Below are positions 1 through 9,482 of a stretch of 64,000 nucleotides of DNA, one piece after another; position 1 is the stretch's first letter; each line of letters opens with the position of its first letter. The stretch lies in assembly GCA_945870865.1 (NCBI GenBank), contig CAMBTO010000001.1, positions 79,487 through 143,486 on the forward strand. The letters are read 5' to 3'. This stretch comes from Klebsiella pneumoniae (GTDB taxonomy: Bacteria > Pseudomonadota > Gammaproteobacteria > Eutrophobiales > Eutrophobiaceae). The position numbers were made by a program, and so were the translations under genes. The notes beneath the pieces were generated by a model that saw nothing but the letters and a program-made list of their open reading frames with translations, made no database searches and was not told the DNA's origin.

Positions 1-2
1 AG

Positions 3-1865
3 CTTGAAGGCGAAGTGGATGTGCTCATCATCGGTTGCGGCCCGGCAGGTCTGACACTCGCCGCACAACTGGCCGCCTTTCCTGATATCAGTACCGCCAT
101 CATTGAACAGAAGGACGGACCGTTAACGCTCGGACAGGCGGACGGTATCGCCTGCCGCACAATGGAGATGTTCGAGGCATTCGGTTTTGCGGATCGGATA
201 ATGAAGGAGGCCTATTGGGTCAACGAAACCGTGTTCTGGAAACCGGACCCACAACAGCGTGATCGTATCGTCCGCAGCGGACGCGTACAGGACGTGGAAG
301 ACGATTTGTCCGAGTTTCCGCATGTGATCCTCAATCAGGCCCGGGTACATGATTTTTATCTGGAGTACATGCGTAACGCACCGACGCGCATGCAACCCTA
401 TTACCAGCGCAAACTTGTCGGCCTCACTATTGATAACGACCCGTCTGTTGCCCGACCCGTCATCGTCAGACTGGAACATCTTGATCCTGCCCGTCAGGGA
501 CAATCCGAAACCCTCCGCGCGCGTTATGTGGTTGGCTGCGACGGTGCGCGAAGTGCCGTACGACAGGCTCTTGATATCCGGTTGCACGGCGACTCCGCCA
601 ACCAGGCCTGGGGGGTGATGGACGTGCTTGCCGTCACCGACTTTCCCGATGTGCGCCTGAAGGCAGCAATCCAGTCAGCCTCCGAAGGCAGCGCACTGAT
701 CATCCCGCGCGAGGGTGGTTATCTGGTGCGGATCTATATCGAGCTCGACAAACTGAATGAAAACGAACGTGTGACTGAACGCAATATAAGTATCGACAAA
801 TTGATTGCGGCAGCACAACGCATCTTTCGCCCCTACACGCTGGAGGTAAAGGAAGTCGCCTGGTGGTCCTGTTACGAAATCGGCCAGCGCCTGTGTGACA
901 AATTTGATGATGTCCCGCTGGCGGAAAGCAGCAACCGACAGCCGCGCGTCTTTATTGCCGGAGACGCCTGCCATACACACAGCCCGAAGGCGGGCCAGGG
1001 CATGAACGTGTCGATGCAGGATACATTTAACCTCGGCTGGAAACTCGCCGCCGTGTTGCGAGGGCAGGCGAAACCGTCACTGCTGTTCACTTATTCAAGC
1101 GAACGTCAGGCCATTGCTCGTGAATTGATCGAGTTTGATCGGGAGTGGGCGGCCATGTTCAGCGCACCACCGAAGGATGCAGACAACCCGGCTGCCAAAG
1201 GCGTCGATCCGGCTGAGTTTCAGCGTTACTTTGTACGTCAGGGTCGTTTTACAGCCGGGACCGCCACCCGTTACACGCAATCGATTATCCGTGGCAAGGC
1301 CACCTGGCAGCATCTCGCGACCGGATTACCCATCGGTATGCGTTTTCATTCCGCACCTGTGATCCGACTGGCCGACGCAAAACCGGTACACCTTGGGCAT
1401 ACCGTCAAGGCCGACGGTCGCTGGCGCTTGTTCCTGTTTGCCGGCAGTGAAGACACCGGCGTTATCGGGTCAGAATTACACACACTGTGCCACTATCTGG
1501 CGCGGGATCCGTCCTCGCCGATACGGCTATACACGACTGCGGGCGCCGATATCGATTCTGTAATTGATGTGCGCGCCATTTTTCAGCAGAGTCACGACCA
1601 ACTGTCAGTGGCAGACCTGCCGGGGATTTTGCTGCCAGCGAAAGGCCGTTATCACCTGCGTGATTACGAGAAGGTATTCTGTGCTGATCTGAAAAGTGGT
1701 AATGATATTTTCGAGATGCGCGGCATCAATCGACCAGCCGGTTGTGTAGTGGTGGTCAGACCCGACCAATATATCGCACACATACTCCCGCTGGATGCCG
1801 TCAGCGAACTAGGGGAATTTTTTAATGGTTTTATGCTGGTGCAGCCAACTTCATCAGCAAAGTAA
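3..1865 (+). CDS. mobA: FAD-dependent aromatic hydroxylase, 3-hydroxybenzoate 4-monooxygenase / phenol 2-monooxygenase family (5'-truncated by the window edge)
   Basis: GCGPAG FAD motif, DGARS, GDACHTHSPKAGQGMN and C-terminal VVRPDQY thioredoxin-like domain; closely resembles Comamonas MobA as I recall it. The frame is open to the window start (LEGEVDVLII). Confidence 0.8.
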   Translation, partial: LEGEVDVLIIGCGPAGLTLAAQLAAFPDISTAIIEQKDGPLTLGQADGIACRTMEMFEAFGFADRIMKEAYWVNETVFWKPDPQQRDRIVRSGRVQDVEDDLSEFPHVILNQARVHDFYLEYMRNAPTRMQPYYQRKLVGLTIDNDPSVARPVIVRLEHLDPARQGQSETLRARYVVGCDGARSAVRQALDIRLHGDSANQAWGVMDVLAVTDFPDVRLKAAIQSASEGSALIIPREGGYLVRIYIELDKLNENERVTERNISIDKLIAAAQRIFRPYTLEVKEVAWWSCYEIGQRLCDKFDDVPLAESSNRQPRVFIAGDACHTHSPKAGQGMNVSMQDTFNLGWKLAAVLRGQAKPSLLFTYSSERQAIARELIEFDREWAAMFSAPPKDADNPAAKGVDPAEFQRYFVRQGRFTAGTATRYTQSIIRGKATWQHLATGLPIGMRFHSAPVIRLADAKPVHLGHTVKADGRWRLFLFAGSEDTGVIGSELHTLCHYLARDPSSPIRLYTTAGADIDSVIDVRAIFQQSHDQLSVADLPGILLPAKGRYHLRDYEKVFCADLKSGNDIFEMRGINRPAGCVVVVRPDQYIAHILPLDAVSELGEFFNGFMLVQPTSSAK

Positions 1866-1877
1866 GTCCGGCACGAT

Positions 1878-2771
1878 TCAACTGACCAGACCCTTTTGCC
1901 TCAGCACCACCCGATTCCACCAGAGGATAAAGCCGCTGACAAAAAGGATAGTTGGTGCGAAGCTGACGATGATCCAGCCCCAGCGCACCCACGCCCCTTC
2001 ACCGATACGGGTAAAATGGACATCGCGCAAAAAGCGTAGCCAGCCGTCCGGTCGTTCATAATCATCAAGGTCAGTGTCCAGCCAGTCGACCAGCGCATTC
2101 ATATAGTCGGGAAACCCAATCTGGAAGGCGGAGATGCCCCAGGCAAACATCAAAAACAAGGACCAGAAGCCGATAAAGCTGTGCAGCTGCCAGATAAAGA
2201 TGCGCGGGCTGTGACGTTTGATCTGCAAGCCCGCCACCCAGCGTGTACGCCCCTGCCACCAGATCAGCATACCGGTCAGACTCATCAATATGAACAACAG
2301 GCCACCGACACCGTTAACCTTTTTGCCCGTACGTCCCAGCAACAACTCCTCATGTATGTCCCCCAGCCAGTCTATCGCCTGTATCGGCCAGGGATGGGCG
2401 AGACCGATATCCTCGCCGGTGTATTGATTGAAGTAATGAGGGATAAATTCACCGTCCTTGCCCAGCACGATATAAGTCGCATCATCCTGGCCGGCGGCAT
2501 TCATCGTCCAGCCCAGTTCGTAGCCGGCATACACCTCTTGCATCCTGGCGCTCAGCGCATCGCCTGTCAGTGGTGTCGCCTCGGTGGGTACCAGCTTCTT
2601 TGGTTCAAACCACTCATATACCGGCGACTCCAGCAAAAGGGCACTGCCACTCAGGCTGATGATCAGCACATAAAGACCAAAGCCAATACCCATCCATAAA
2701 TGCACCTGAAACAGCAGTTTCCTGAAACCGTGCGTTTGCGGGGCCTGTATCCAGCGTTGCCAGTTATTCAT
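1878..2771 (-). CDS. PepSY-associated TM helix domain protein (FoxB-like, putative haem-binding reductase)
   Basis: QVHLWMG...SGS, DIHEELLLG, QLHSFIG, DVHFTR and SGFILWW motifs; four conserved His in or near TM helices. Confidence 0.8.
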   Translation of the reverse strand: MNNWQRWIQAPQTHGFRKLLFQVHLWMGIGFGLYVLIISLSGSALLLESPVYEWFEPKKLVPTEATPLTGDALSARMQEVYAGYELGWTMNAAGQDDATYIVLGKDGEFIPHYFNQYTGEDIGLAHPWPIQAIDWLGDIHEELLLGRTGKKVNGVGGLLFILMSLTGMLIWWQGRTRWVAGLQIKRHSPRIFIWQLHSFIGFWSLFLMFAWGISAFQIGFPDYMNALVDWLDTDLDDYERPDGWLRFLRDVHFTRIGEGAWVRWGWIIVSFAPTILFVSGFILWWNRVVLRQKGLVS

Positions 2772-2963
2772 AAGTGTATTTGTCGTGTTTGTTATCAGTT
2801 TTTTTAGAATGACAAGATAATACGATTCAATCCCGTCCGGATCCAGTCAGTTACGAACTTGTATTAGATCAGGGTTCATTCGCCATTTTTACAGGTCTTA
2901 CCGCCAGCCCCCGTATACCAAAAGGTAGATCCCACCACCCCAGTTTAACTTGTGACTAACAGG

Positions 2964-5141
2964 TTAGATACATTTCTGGCGTGTCAGGAAATTATACAAC
3001 TCCCTCTTTTCCTGTTCATAACCGCTGATATGCTGGTACTCGTTGTACGAAGCAACGTACTCATTACAATCAAGACTATAACCCGTCTGTTCGTTTACCC
3101 TGGCCTCCTGGTAAAAACCTCTTAGCAGCAAGGCCTGCAGCATGATTGAGATCGTAAAAACTATCATGATTGACGCTGTAAACAGGCGTTGTGCAATTCC
3201 GGAGACATGCATGCCCGGCATGGACAATTTCATATACCTGAGCAACAACATGATCAGCAGCGCAACGAGCGCGATTACAATATAGTTCGTGCTGCCATTG
3301 ATCCCGTTGTAAATTACCGGAAACGCTGCAAGGGCCAACAATATCCCGATCATCTGTGTATACCTGTCCAGCTTCAACCTGCTCTGGATCAGTTGCACGC
3401 CAACAATTAGCGCCACTACACCCTGCCAGTTGCTGTCCTTGAGCAACTGCAATATACCCTTGTAATCAACTATATTCGTCTCTTCATGGCTCAGCATGAT
3501 TGCGCTGAAACCACCCAGCACCATAAACGTAACGTAGGTGAGGTTTGACACCGTTTGATGTTTGAGCAGGTCGGACTTCATAACGGCATAGGCCAGTAAT
3601 ATGGATGCCCCGGCAAACCCCCTCGCCCCATACGTACCCGTTCCCATCCACCAGATGAACCAGGAACCCTGCATCAGAACCTGCAGTGCCATGGCAGCGA
3701 GACCGGCAAAGATAACCAGAAACCTGAAGTCCCTGCGTAATTCGCGATTTGTTATCAGCGCACGTAAAAGGCCATAGACACCGAGCGCAATAGCGGGATG
3801 GTACATCAGCAGGCCATGCCATGGCGAAAACAGCACTTCAAAAAACTTTGCATTGCGCAGGGAGAACATGGAAAACTCCATGTCACCGACGTCATAAGGA
3901 CTCCTGGAAAAACTGTCGCTTACGATATGGTTGAACAACAATAAAAATGCCAGCCCGACCCCGCTGACTAAAGCCAGTATCAGGGTATGTCTTATCACAA
4001 ATACCCGGTTGTCCCTGCCAATCAACGGGGGAGTCAGATTTGATGCGACAAAAATCAGCCACAAACCCGCACACAGTACAATATTCTGGATTTTAACCAG
4101 TAACAGGAAATAGATAACCACACCGAGCAGAAAGGTGACCCGGCTTGTGCGACGGACAATACTTTTGTTGTCCCACTCCATCAGGGCCAACCCTGACAAA
4201 ACAAGAAAGACGGTCCAGCCTTCTGCCGAATATTTATTCAGGTAAAAACCGGCCGGCATAAAAAGCACAATGCCCGCCAGTACCAGAGTGGCCTTTATAT
4301 ATGACCCGGTTGTTGAACGGGCGATATAAATAATCAGCCCCAGATTGGCCAGTCCAAGCAACATGGCAACCAGTGGTGCCGGAAAGGCGCCTGCATAGGA
4401 GAAAATGACGGCCGGTATGGCAGCAAGTAACCCGGCGCCGTATGACCATTGTATTAGCGGCACACCCGTTATGCTTCTGGGAAAACCGGAAAACGTCGCC
4501 AGATCAAAAGTGGAAAAATAATGTGCCCAGGCCAGATAGGCCCCGACATCCGCAGCACCACGCGCCGTCACAATAAAACCGGCGGCCATTAATGACATGA
4601 ACAATCCTGCTGTGATTGCGGCGGGATCATAAGCCACTTTTTTGCCGGCCGCTGTTAACAAAATCATTTGAAAACAGAACGCGAATACTGCTATCAGCCA
4701 CACGTATTTGACCCAGACTGACAACGAACCGGACATTGTGACTTCATAGGCCCTGCCATTGGTACGTGGGTCAGAACAGTCTGTTGCTGAGAAATATAAG
4801 TTATCACCCCAGTGTGAGTAGTTGCCCGCGGCCTGACTGCGGATGTTTTCATGCAGGGCATGCGGCTGTCCTGCGGGCCTGCCATCTTCCAGCAACATTA
4901 ACAACGATGCTGTTGTAGCTGAAACCGAATCAGTTTCGAACCGGGTAATTGGCCAGCTATCGGGTCTTTGATCAAGTTGAATCGTGTATGCGCAGCCATT
5001 TTCATGTTTGACCGCACCACTTTTCAACAGGAAGGTTTGCTGTGTTTGTGTAAATTGTAATGCGGGGATGGTGACAATCCAGGCAAGAGTCACGATAGCT
5101 GCCAGTAATCTCCAGCCTGTCCATGAATAATCTGATGCCAA
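2964..5141 (-). CDS. Large polytopic membrane protein, putative GT-C-fold glycosyltransferase with an N-terminal soluble domain
   Basis: Many hydrophobic segments; LFSPWHGLLMYHP and WWMGTGTYGARGF motifs typical of GT-C-like proteins; directly downstream of a GT2 gene; TTG start preceded by GGGGAG. Confidence 0.6.
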   Translation of the reverse strand: MASDYSWTGWRLLAAIVTLAWIVTIPALQFTQTQQTFLLKSGAVKHENGCAYTIQLDQRPDSWPITRFETDSVSATTASLLMLLEDGRPAGQPHALHENIRSQAAGNYSHWGDNLYFSATDCSDPRTNGRAYEVTMSGSLSVWVKYVWLIAVFAFCFQMILLTAAGKKVAYDPAAITAGLFMSLMAAGFIVTARGAADVGAYLAWAHYFSTFDLATFSGFPRSITGVPLIQWSYGAGLLAAIPAVIFSYAGAFPAPLVAMLLGLANLGLIIYIARSTTGSYIKATLVLAGIVLFMPAGFYLNKYSAEGWTVFLVLSGLALMEWDNKSIVRRTSRVTFLLGVVIYFLLLVKIQNIVLCAGLWLIFVASNLTPPLIGRDNRVFVIRHTLILALVSGVGLAFLLLFNHIVSDSFSRSPYDVGDMEFSMFSLRNAKFFEVLFSPWHGLLMYHPAIALGVYGLLRALITNRELRRDFRFLVIFAGLAAMALQVLMQGSWFIWWMGTGTYGARGFAGASILLAYAVMKSDLLKHQTVSNLTYVTFMVLGGFSAIMLSHEETNIVDYKGILQLLKDSNWQGVVALIVGVQLIQSRLKLDRYTQMIGILLALAAFPVIYNGINGSTNYIVIALVALLIMLLLRYMKLSMPGMHVSGIAQRLFTASIMIVFTISIMLQALLLRGFYQEARVNEQTGYSLDCNEYVASYNEYQHISGYEQEKRELYNFLTRQKCI

Positions 5142-5198
5142 GACTCCCCCAGGTACATCTATATGTGTAGGTCGCAGGTGTTTTCCTGGCAGATGATT

Positions 5199-5894
5199 CT
5201 ATCTAAACAGGTTGTACTTGATAATACAAATAATCGCCCGCACACCGTCCTTCCAGCCGATCTTTTTTCCCTCGGAATAGGTGCGGCCAAAATAGGAAAT
5301 ACCCACCTCATAGATACGGCAATCCAGTTTTGAGATTTTTGCAATGATTTCAGGTTCAAACCCAAACCGGTTTTCTTCAATTTTTATACCCTGGATTATC
5401 TCCCGACGGAACGCCTTGTAGCAGCTCTCCATGTCGGTAAGATTCAGGTTGGTAAACATATTGGAGAGCAGGGTCAGAAACCCGTTGCCCACCCTGTGCC
5501 AGAAATAGACCACCCGGTGTGGCTCACTACCCATAAACCGCGAACCAATCACAACATCGGCCTTGCCACTGATAATCGGTTGCAGGATCACTGGATACTG
5601 GTTCGGGTCATATTCCAGATCGGCATCCTGGACGATAACAATGTCGCCGGTTGCCGCGGCAAACCCGGTCCGCAGGGCTGCGCCTTTACCCTGATTTATG
5701 TCGTGATACAAAACCTTGCTCACTTTCCCGGATTGCGCGATCAGGTCCCGTAACTTCTCCCTACTGCCATCATGTGAAAAATCGTCAACGATAATAATCT
5801 CCTTGTCGGGATAAGGAGAGTTGTTAACAGCGTCAACGATCTGCTCAATCGTGTTAACCTCGTTGAAACAAGGAATGATAATGCTTAAACGCAT
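5199..5894 (-). CDS. GT2 glycosyltransferase, DPM1/GtrB-like polyprenol-phosphate glycosyltransferase
   Basis: LSIIIPCFNE, VDDFSHDGS, NQGKGAA, QDADLEYDP, TDMESCYK, FGFEPEI; ATG at 5894 preferred over GTG at 5909. Confidence 0.9.
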   Translation of the reverse strand: MRLSIIIPCFNEVNTIEQIVDAVNNSPYPDKEIIIVDDFSHDGSREKLRDLIAQSGKVSKVLYHDINQGKGAALRTGFAAATGDIVIVQDADLEYDPNQYPVILQPIISGKADVVIGSRFMGSEPHRVVYFWHRVGNGFLTLLSNMFTNLNLTDMESCYKAFRREIIQGIKIEENRFGFEPEIIAKISKLDCRIYEVGISYFGRTYSEGKKIGWKDGVRAIICIIKYNLFR

Positions 5895-6164
5895 AATGCC
5901 AGGATCCACTGTCTGGTTTAGGGGGATGGTAGGGACAAACTGTAACCTAATATTGATAGTAAGGCACTACCACCTACAAATTTGCATCACACTGAATCAA
6001 ATCGAGGGCCATGGACGGCACGATGGAACTGACCGGATCTAATCCGGGCGGGCATCCGGGAAGCTATGAGTCAAATTGAATCGGGGTGTACCCTGGGCAA
6101 GCCGTGGTATATTCTTTATTCCGCACAGTTAGTCATTGATCGTCAATTTGAGGGGGGATAAAAC

Positions 6165-6818
6165 ATGATGCGTTGCACCTGGGGTTTATTAATACTGGGT
6201 TTCTTACTGTCTACTGCCTACGCACAGGATTTTGAAGCCCTAAAACAGCAAGCCGAAAAGGGCGATGCGACCGCCCAGGTCAAACTGGGTAAAATGTTAA
6301 ACACCGGCGAAGGTGTACCCAGGAATGATGCCGAATCGCTAAAGTGGTACACACTGGCGGCGGAGCAAAACAATTCCCAGGCCCAGAATGATCTGGGAAA
6401 TATGTACCGCGAAGGCAAAGCCGTCCCTAAAAATGATGTTGAAGCGACCCGGTGGTACACGCTGTCGGCCGAACAGGGCCATCCCAGCGCGCAGAATCAC
6501 CTCGGTTACAATTACTACATCGGCGCAGGCGTCCCCAAGAATGATGCCGAGGCGGTCAAGTGGTACAAACTCGCCGTAGTACAGGACCATGCCCACTCCC
6601 AGTTTAATCTGGGTGTCATGTACGAGAAGGGTGAAGGCGTACCTGAAAATGCCGTTTCTGCTTATGTATGGTACTCGCTTGCGGCGGCGAAAGGATTCAA
6701 GCCTGCTAAAGAAAGCGTCGAGGCGATTAAAGCAAAACTGACTGAAGTGCAGATTACCGAGGCCGGGAAGCTGGCGTCGCGGTGCAAGGAGTCCGAGTAT
6801 AAGGATTGTAATTTATAA
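6165..6818 (+). CDS. Secreted Sel1-like repeat protein
   Basis: Signal peptide ending AYA-Q; about four 36-aa repeats AQxxLGxMYxxGxGVPKNDxEAxKWYxLAAEQ. Confidence 0.9.
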   Translation: MMRCTWGLLILGFLLSTAYAQDFEALKQQAEKGDATAQVKLGKMLNTGEGVPRNDAESLKWYTLAAEQNNSQAQNDLGNMYREGKAVPKNDVEATRWYTLSAEQGHPSAQNHLGYNYYIGAGVPKNDAEAVKWYKLAVVQDHAHSQFNLGVMYEKGEGVPENAVSAYVWYSLAAAKGFKPAKESVEAIKAKLTEVQITEAGKLASRCKESEYKDCNL

Positions 6819-6898
6819 TACAGCTGCCCCGAAGCGCGACAAATACATTGATTGACCTTGATCCGCATTCGGCAACCCGTGGCTCTGCTTCGAGACAT

Positions 6899-6935
6899 TT
6901 TATGTTGCGCGATTCCACGAATCGCGCAACATAAA
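6899..6935. terminator. Perfect 17-bp inverted repeat with 3-nt loop, probable terminator between convergent genes
   Basis: TTTATGTTGCGCGATTC-CAC-GAATCGCGCAACATAAA. Confidence 0.55.
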
Positions 6936-7262
6936 CATATTTAATTGTCGCGAATCAGGATTTTGAGCTTGTCACAACGAACCAGATTGTCCAATTCACG
7001 CGCGGTCATTATCCGATCCCTAGATAAAGAGCTTGGGTTGTGAACGAATATTCACATAAAACGGATTTTTTCCTACTCGTATTGGGTATGTTCAAGTATT
7101 AACCAATCTACAGGGTGTTAGTTTGCAGCATAGTTGACCCCGGTAGTTGCAATTTACTTTGACCTTATGCATTTGCAGCATTCACGCGAAAAGCGTGAAA
7201 GAGTGGTGGCTAGTGGGTCAACTATTCAATACAAAAATCGACGGTTAGTGTGTTACCCCTGC

Positions 7263-8588
7263 TCAAGCCACCGTACGATGGCTTTTGCGTGTCGCGAAGT
7301 AGACCAACTGGATCAATACTACCACCACGCCCGCGATCTGCAATGGCCGTAAATCTCCCGACGCGCGCGAGACCAGCATCACCGCACAAATGAGCGCAGC
7401 GACAATGGGCACCGCGATGGGCAGCCGGATCGCGGCGCGAGGCTCGCCCGGACGACGCGCGAGGATCACCTGCGCGGTATTCATCAGAATGAACACACCC
7501 AGCAACAGGATCACCGTTGCCGCCGCAAGCTGGCTCACATCACCCGCGAGTATCAGCGCAGTGGCGGCGAAGAAAATCGCGACCGTCGCATAGTGGGGCG
7601 TGTTGCGCACCGGGTGAATGCTGGCGAGCAGTTTCGGCAGTAGACCCTGTCTCGCCATACCAAACACGAGGCGTGAGCCCATCACATAGTTAATAAGCGC
7701 CGTGTTGGCGACGGCAAAGATGGTGATCACCGTGTAAACCACCGGTGACAGCCAAGGGGTCGCACGCTCCATCACCGCTCCCAGCGGCGCGGATGACGTG
7801 GATAGCTCCTGCCAGGGAACCACCGAAACTGCTGTGATGGCGACGCCAAGGTATAGCGCGGTCGCGCCGAGCATGGCCGCAATCAGGCCGATCGGTACAT
7901 TGCGCTGGGGATCCCTGACTTCTTCCGACACGTTCAGGATGTCCTCGAATCCGATAAAGGCAAAAAATGTCAGCACCGCACTCTGCAGGATAAGCGCACC
8001 CGTCTCATACCATGCCTGCACCGTCGGGAATTCCAGAAGATCGGCTGAGCCCCAGAAACGTGCGCCCATGACGATCACGAATACCAGCCCGGATACCTCA
8101 ATGAAGGTGCAAAGCGCATTGAACCAGAGTGACTCTTTCAAACCCCGCCAGACCAACACACAGAGGATTGCAAGATAGACCACCGCGACTAGTGCGAGCA
8201 TTGAATCGCTCGGGGCCGGCAGACCAAAGAGCCCAAGTACGTTTGCCGCGACAATGCGCGAACCCGTGGCCATCGAGGTGAGACCCGAGGCCACCACACA
8301 TAACCCGGCGGTATAGGAGAGCACCCGCGCCCGGAACGCCCGCTCGATCACATAGGCCGTCCCACCCGCATGGGGATAACGCGCACCGAGCGCCGCATAG
8401 CTGAGCCCAGTCAGCAGGGCCGCCGCCATGGCGACGACAAAGGAGGTCCACACCGCTCCGCCCAGAAGTCCCGCTGCCCGGCCGACGAGGCCATAAATCC
8501 CCGCCCCCACCATTGAGCCGAGACCATACAAGGCGAGCATCGGTGCACCCATCTTCGGTAACAGACGTTGTTCTGCGACGGATTCCAT
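7263..8588 (-). CDS. APC superfamily amino acid permease
   Basis: GSMVGAGIY, SYAALGARYPHAGG, FFAFIGFEDI, SRLVFGMARQGLLP; about 12 TM helices. Confidence 0.9.
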   Translation of the reverse strand: MESVAEQRLLPKMGAPMLALYGLGSMVGAGIYGLVGRAAGLLGGAVWTSFVVAMAAALLTGLSYAALGARYPHAGGTAYVIERAFRARVLSYTAGLCVVASGLTSMATGSRIVAANVLGLFGLPAPSDSMLALVAVVYLAILCVLVWRGLKESLWFNALCTFIEVSGLVFVIVMGARFWGSADLLEFPTVQAWYETGALILQSAVLTFFAFIGFEDILNVSEEVRDPQRNVPIGLIAAMLGATALYLGVAITAVSVVPWQELSTSSAPLGAVMERATPWLSPVVYTVITIFAVANTALINYVMGSRLVFGMARQGLLPKLLASIHPVRNTPHYATVAIFFAATALILAGDVSQLAAATVILLLGVFILMNTAQVILARRPGEPRAAIRLPIAVPIVAALICAVMLVSRASGDLRPLQIAGVVVVLIQLVYFATRKSHRTVA

Positions 8589-8840
8589 CTATGTTGTTAT
8601 GCCCTGTCTGTTGATTTGCATTTAAAACTGATCCGGCTCTGGTTGGGCAGATTATGACCTATCCGGGTTTATTCTTGCCAGGTTTTCTCTCGTTTTGATT
8701 GTGTTCGTCAGGGACAGACCACGGTTTTCACGCACCCGGTAAAGCGCCACGGACGGCGCGAGTCAGCGCACGACCACTTTTATTAATCACTTTTAATCAG
8801 GCGTGCCTGGATCGGCTAAAAGACTATCACTTCAGAAAAA

Positions 8841-8916
8841 TGGTGGGCCGTGGGCGGTTCGAACGCCCGACCACCTGATTAAAAGTCAGATGCTCTACCG
8901 GCTGAGCTAACGGCCC
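8841..8916 (-). tRNA. tRNA-Lys (anticodon UUU)
   Basis: Reverse complement GGGCCGTTAGCTCAGCCGGTAGAGCATCTGACTTTTAATCAGGTGGTCGGGCGTTCGAACCGCCCACGGCCCACCA: 76 nt cloverleaf with TTCGA T-loop and encoded CCA. Confidence 0.97.
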
Positions 8917-9096
8917 ATACAGGATTAAATCAACCCCGGTTTGCGGAGCCGCGATGATACCGAAGTTTCCCGACAGGATAAACCGGTTCCTGCCAGATCC
9001 GGACAAATATATCGATTTTATTGCATTTAAATCTTGATTTTATCCTGTTACAACCCTATTTTCAGCGCCTCTGGATTTATTCGAGGATTGTTTACT

Positions 9097-9450
9097 GTGC
9101 CGATTTATGAATATCAATGTGAAGACTGTGGCCACAAATTTGAGGTCATCCAGAAGATTGCAGATGCACTGTTGACCGATTGTCCCTCTTGCAAGCAGCC
9201 CCGCTTGCGGAAAATGTTGACAGCGGCGGCGTTCCGGCTGAAAGGTGGCGGGTGGTACGAGACTGATTTCAAGGACAAGAAGTCGCAGAAAAACATTCAG
9301 GGCACGGATAGCAGCTCTTCAACCGCGAAAACAGAAGGCAGTGGTAGCACGGACAGCGGGTCTGCCAGTAAAGAGTCAGCACCGGCAGCCAGCCCTGTCA
9401 GCGAAACCAAATCGACCACCACCAGCACGCCCAAACCCGCCGCAGACTAG
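9097..9450 (+). CDS. FmdB family zinc-ribbon protein
   Basis: GTG start giving MPIYEYQCEDCG...CPSC...FRLKGGGWYETDFK and a Ser/Thr-rich tail; usual position upstream of aspS. Confidence 0.9.
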   Translation: MPIYEYQCEDCGHKFEVIQKIADALLTDCPSCKQPRLRKMLTAAAFRLKGGGWYETDFKDKKSQKNIQGTDSSSSTAKTEGSGSTDSGSASKESAPAASPVSETKSTTTSTPKPAAD

Positions 9451-9482
9451 GAATATCTACCGATTTGGGGCATCCTGTCCGG

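Noticed and set aside
2815..2835. Possible Fur box upstream of the PepSY-TM gene (GATAATACGATTCAATC)
   Set aside because: Only about 12 of 19 positions match in an AT-rich spacer; too weak
6320..6700. 108-bp periodic repeats (AATGATG...GTGGTAC) that could suggest a CRISPR or tandem array
   Set aside because: They are the coding Sel1 repeats (36 aa), degenerate and in frame; no cas genes are present
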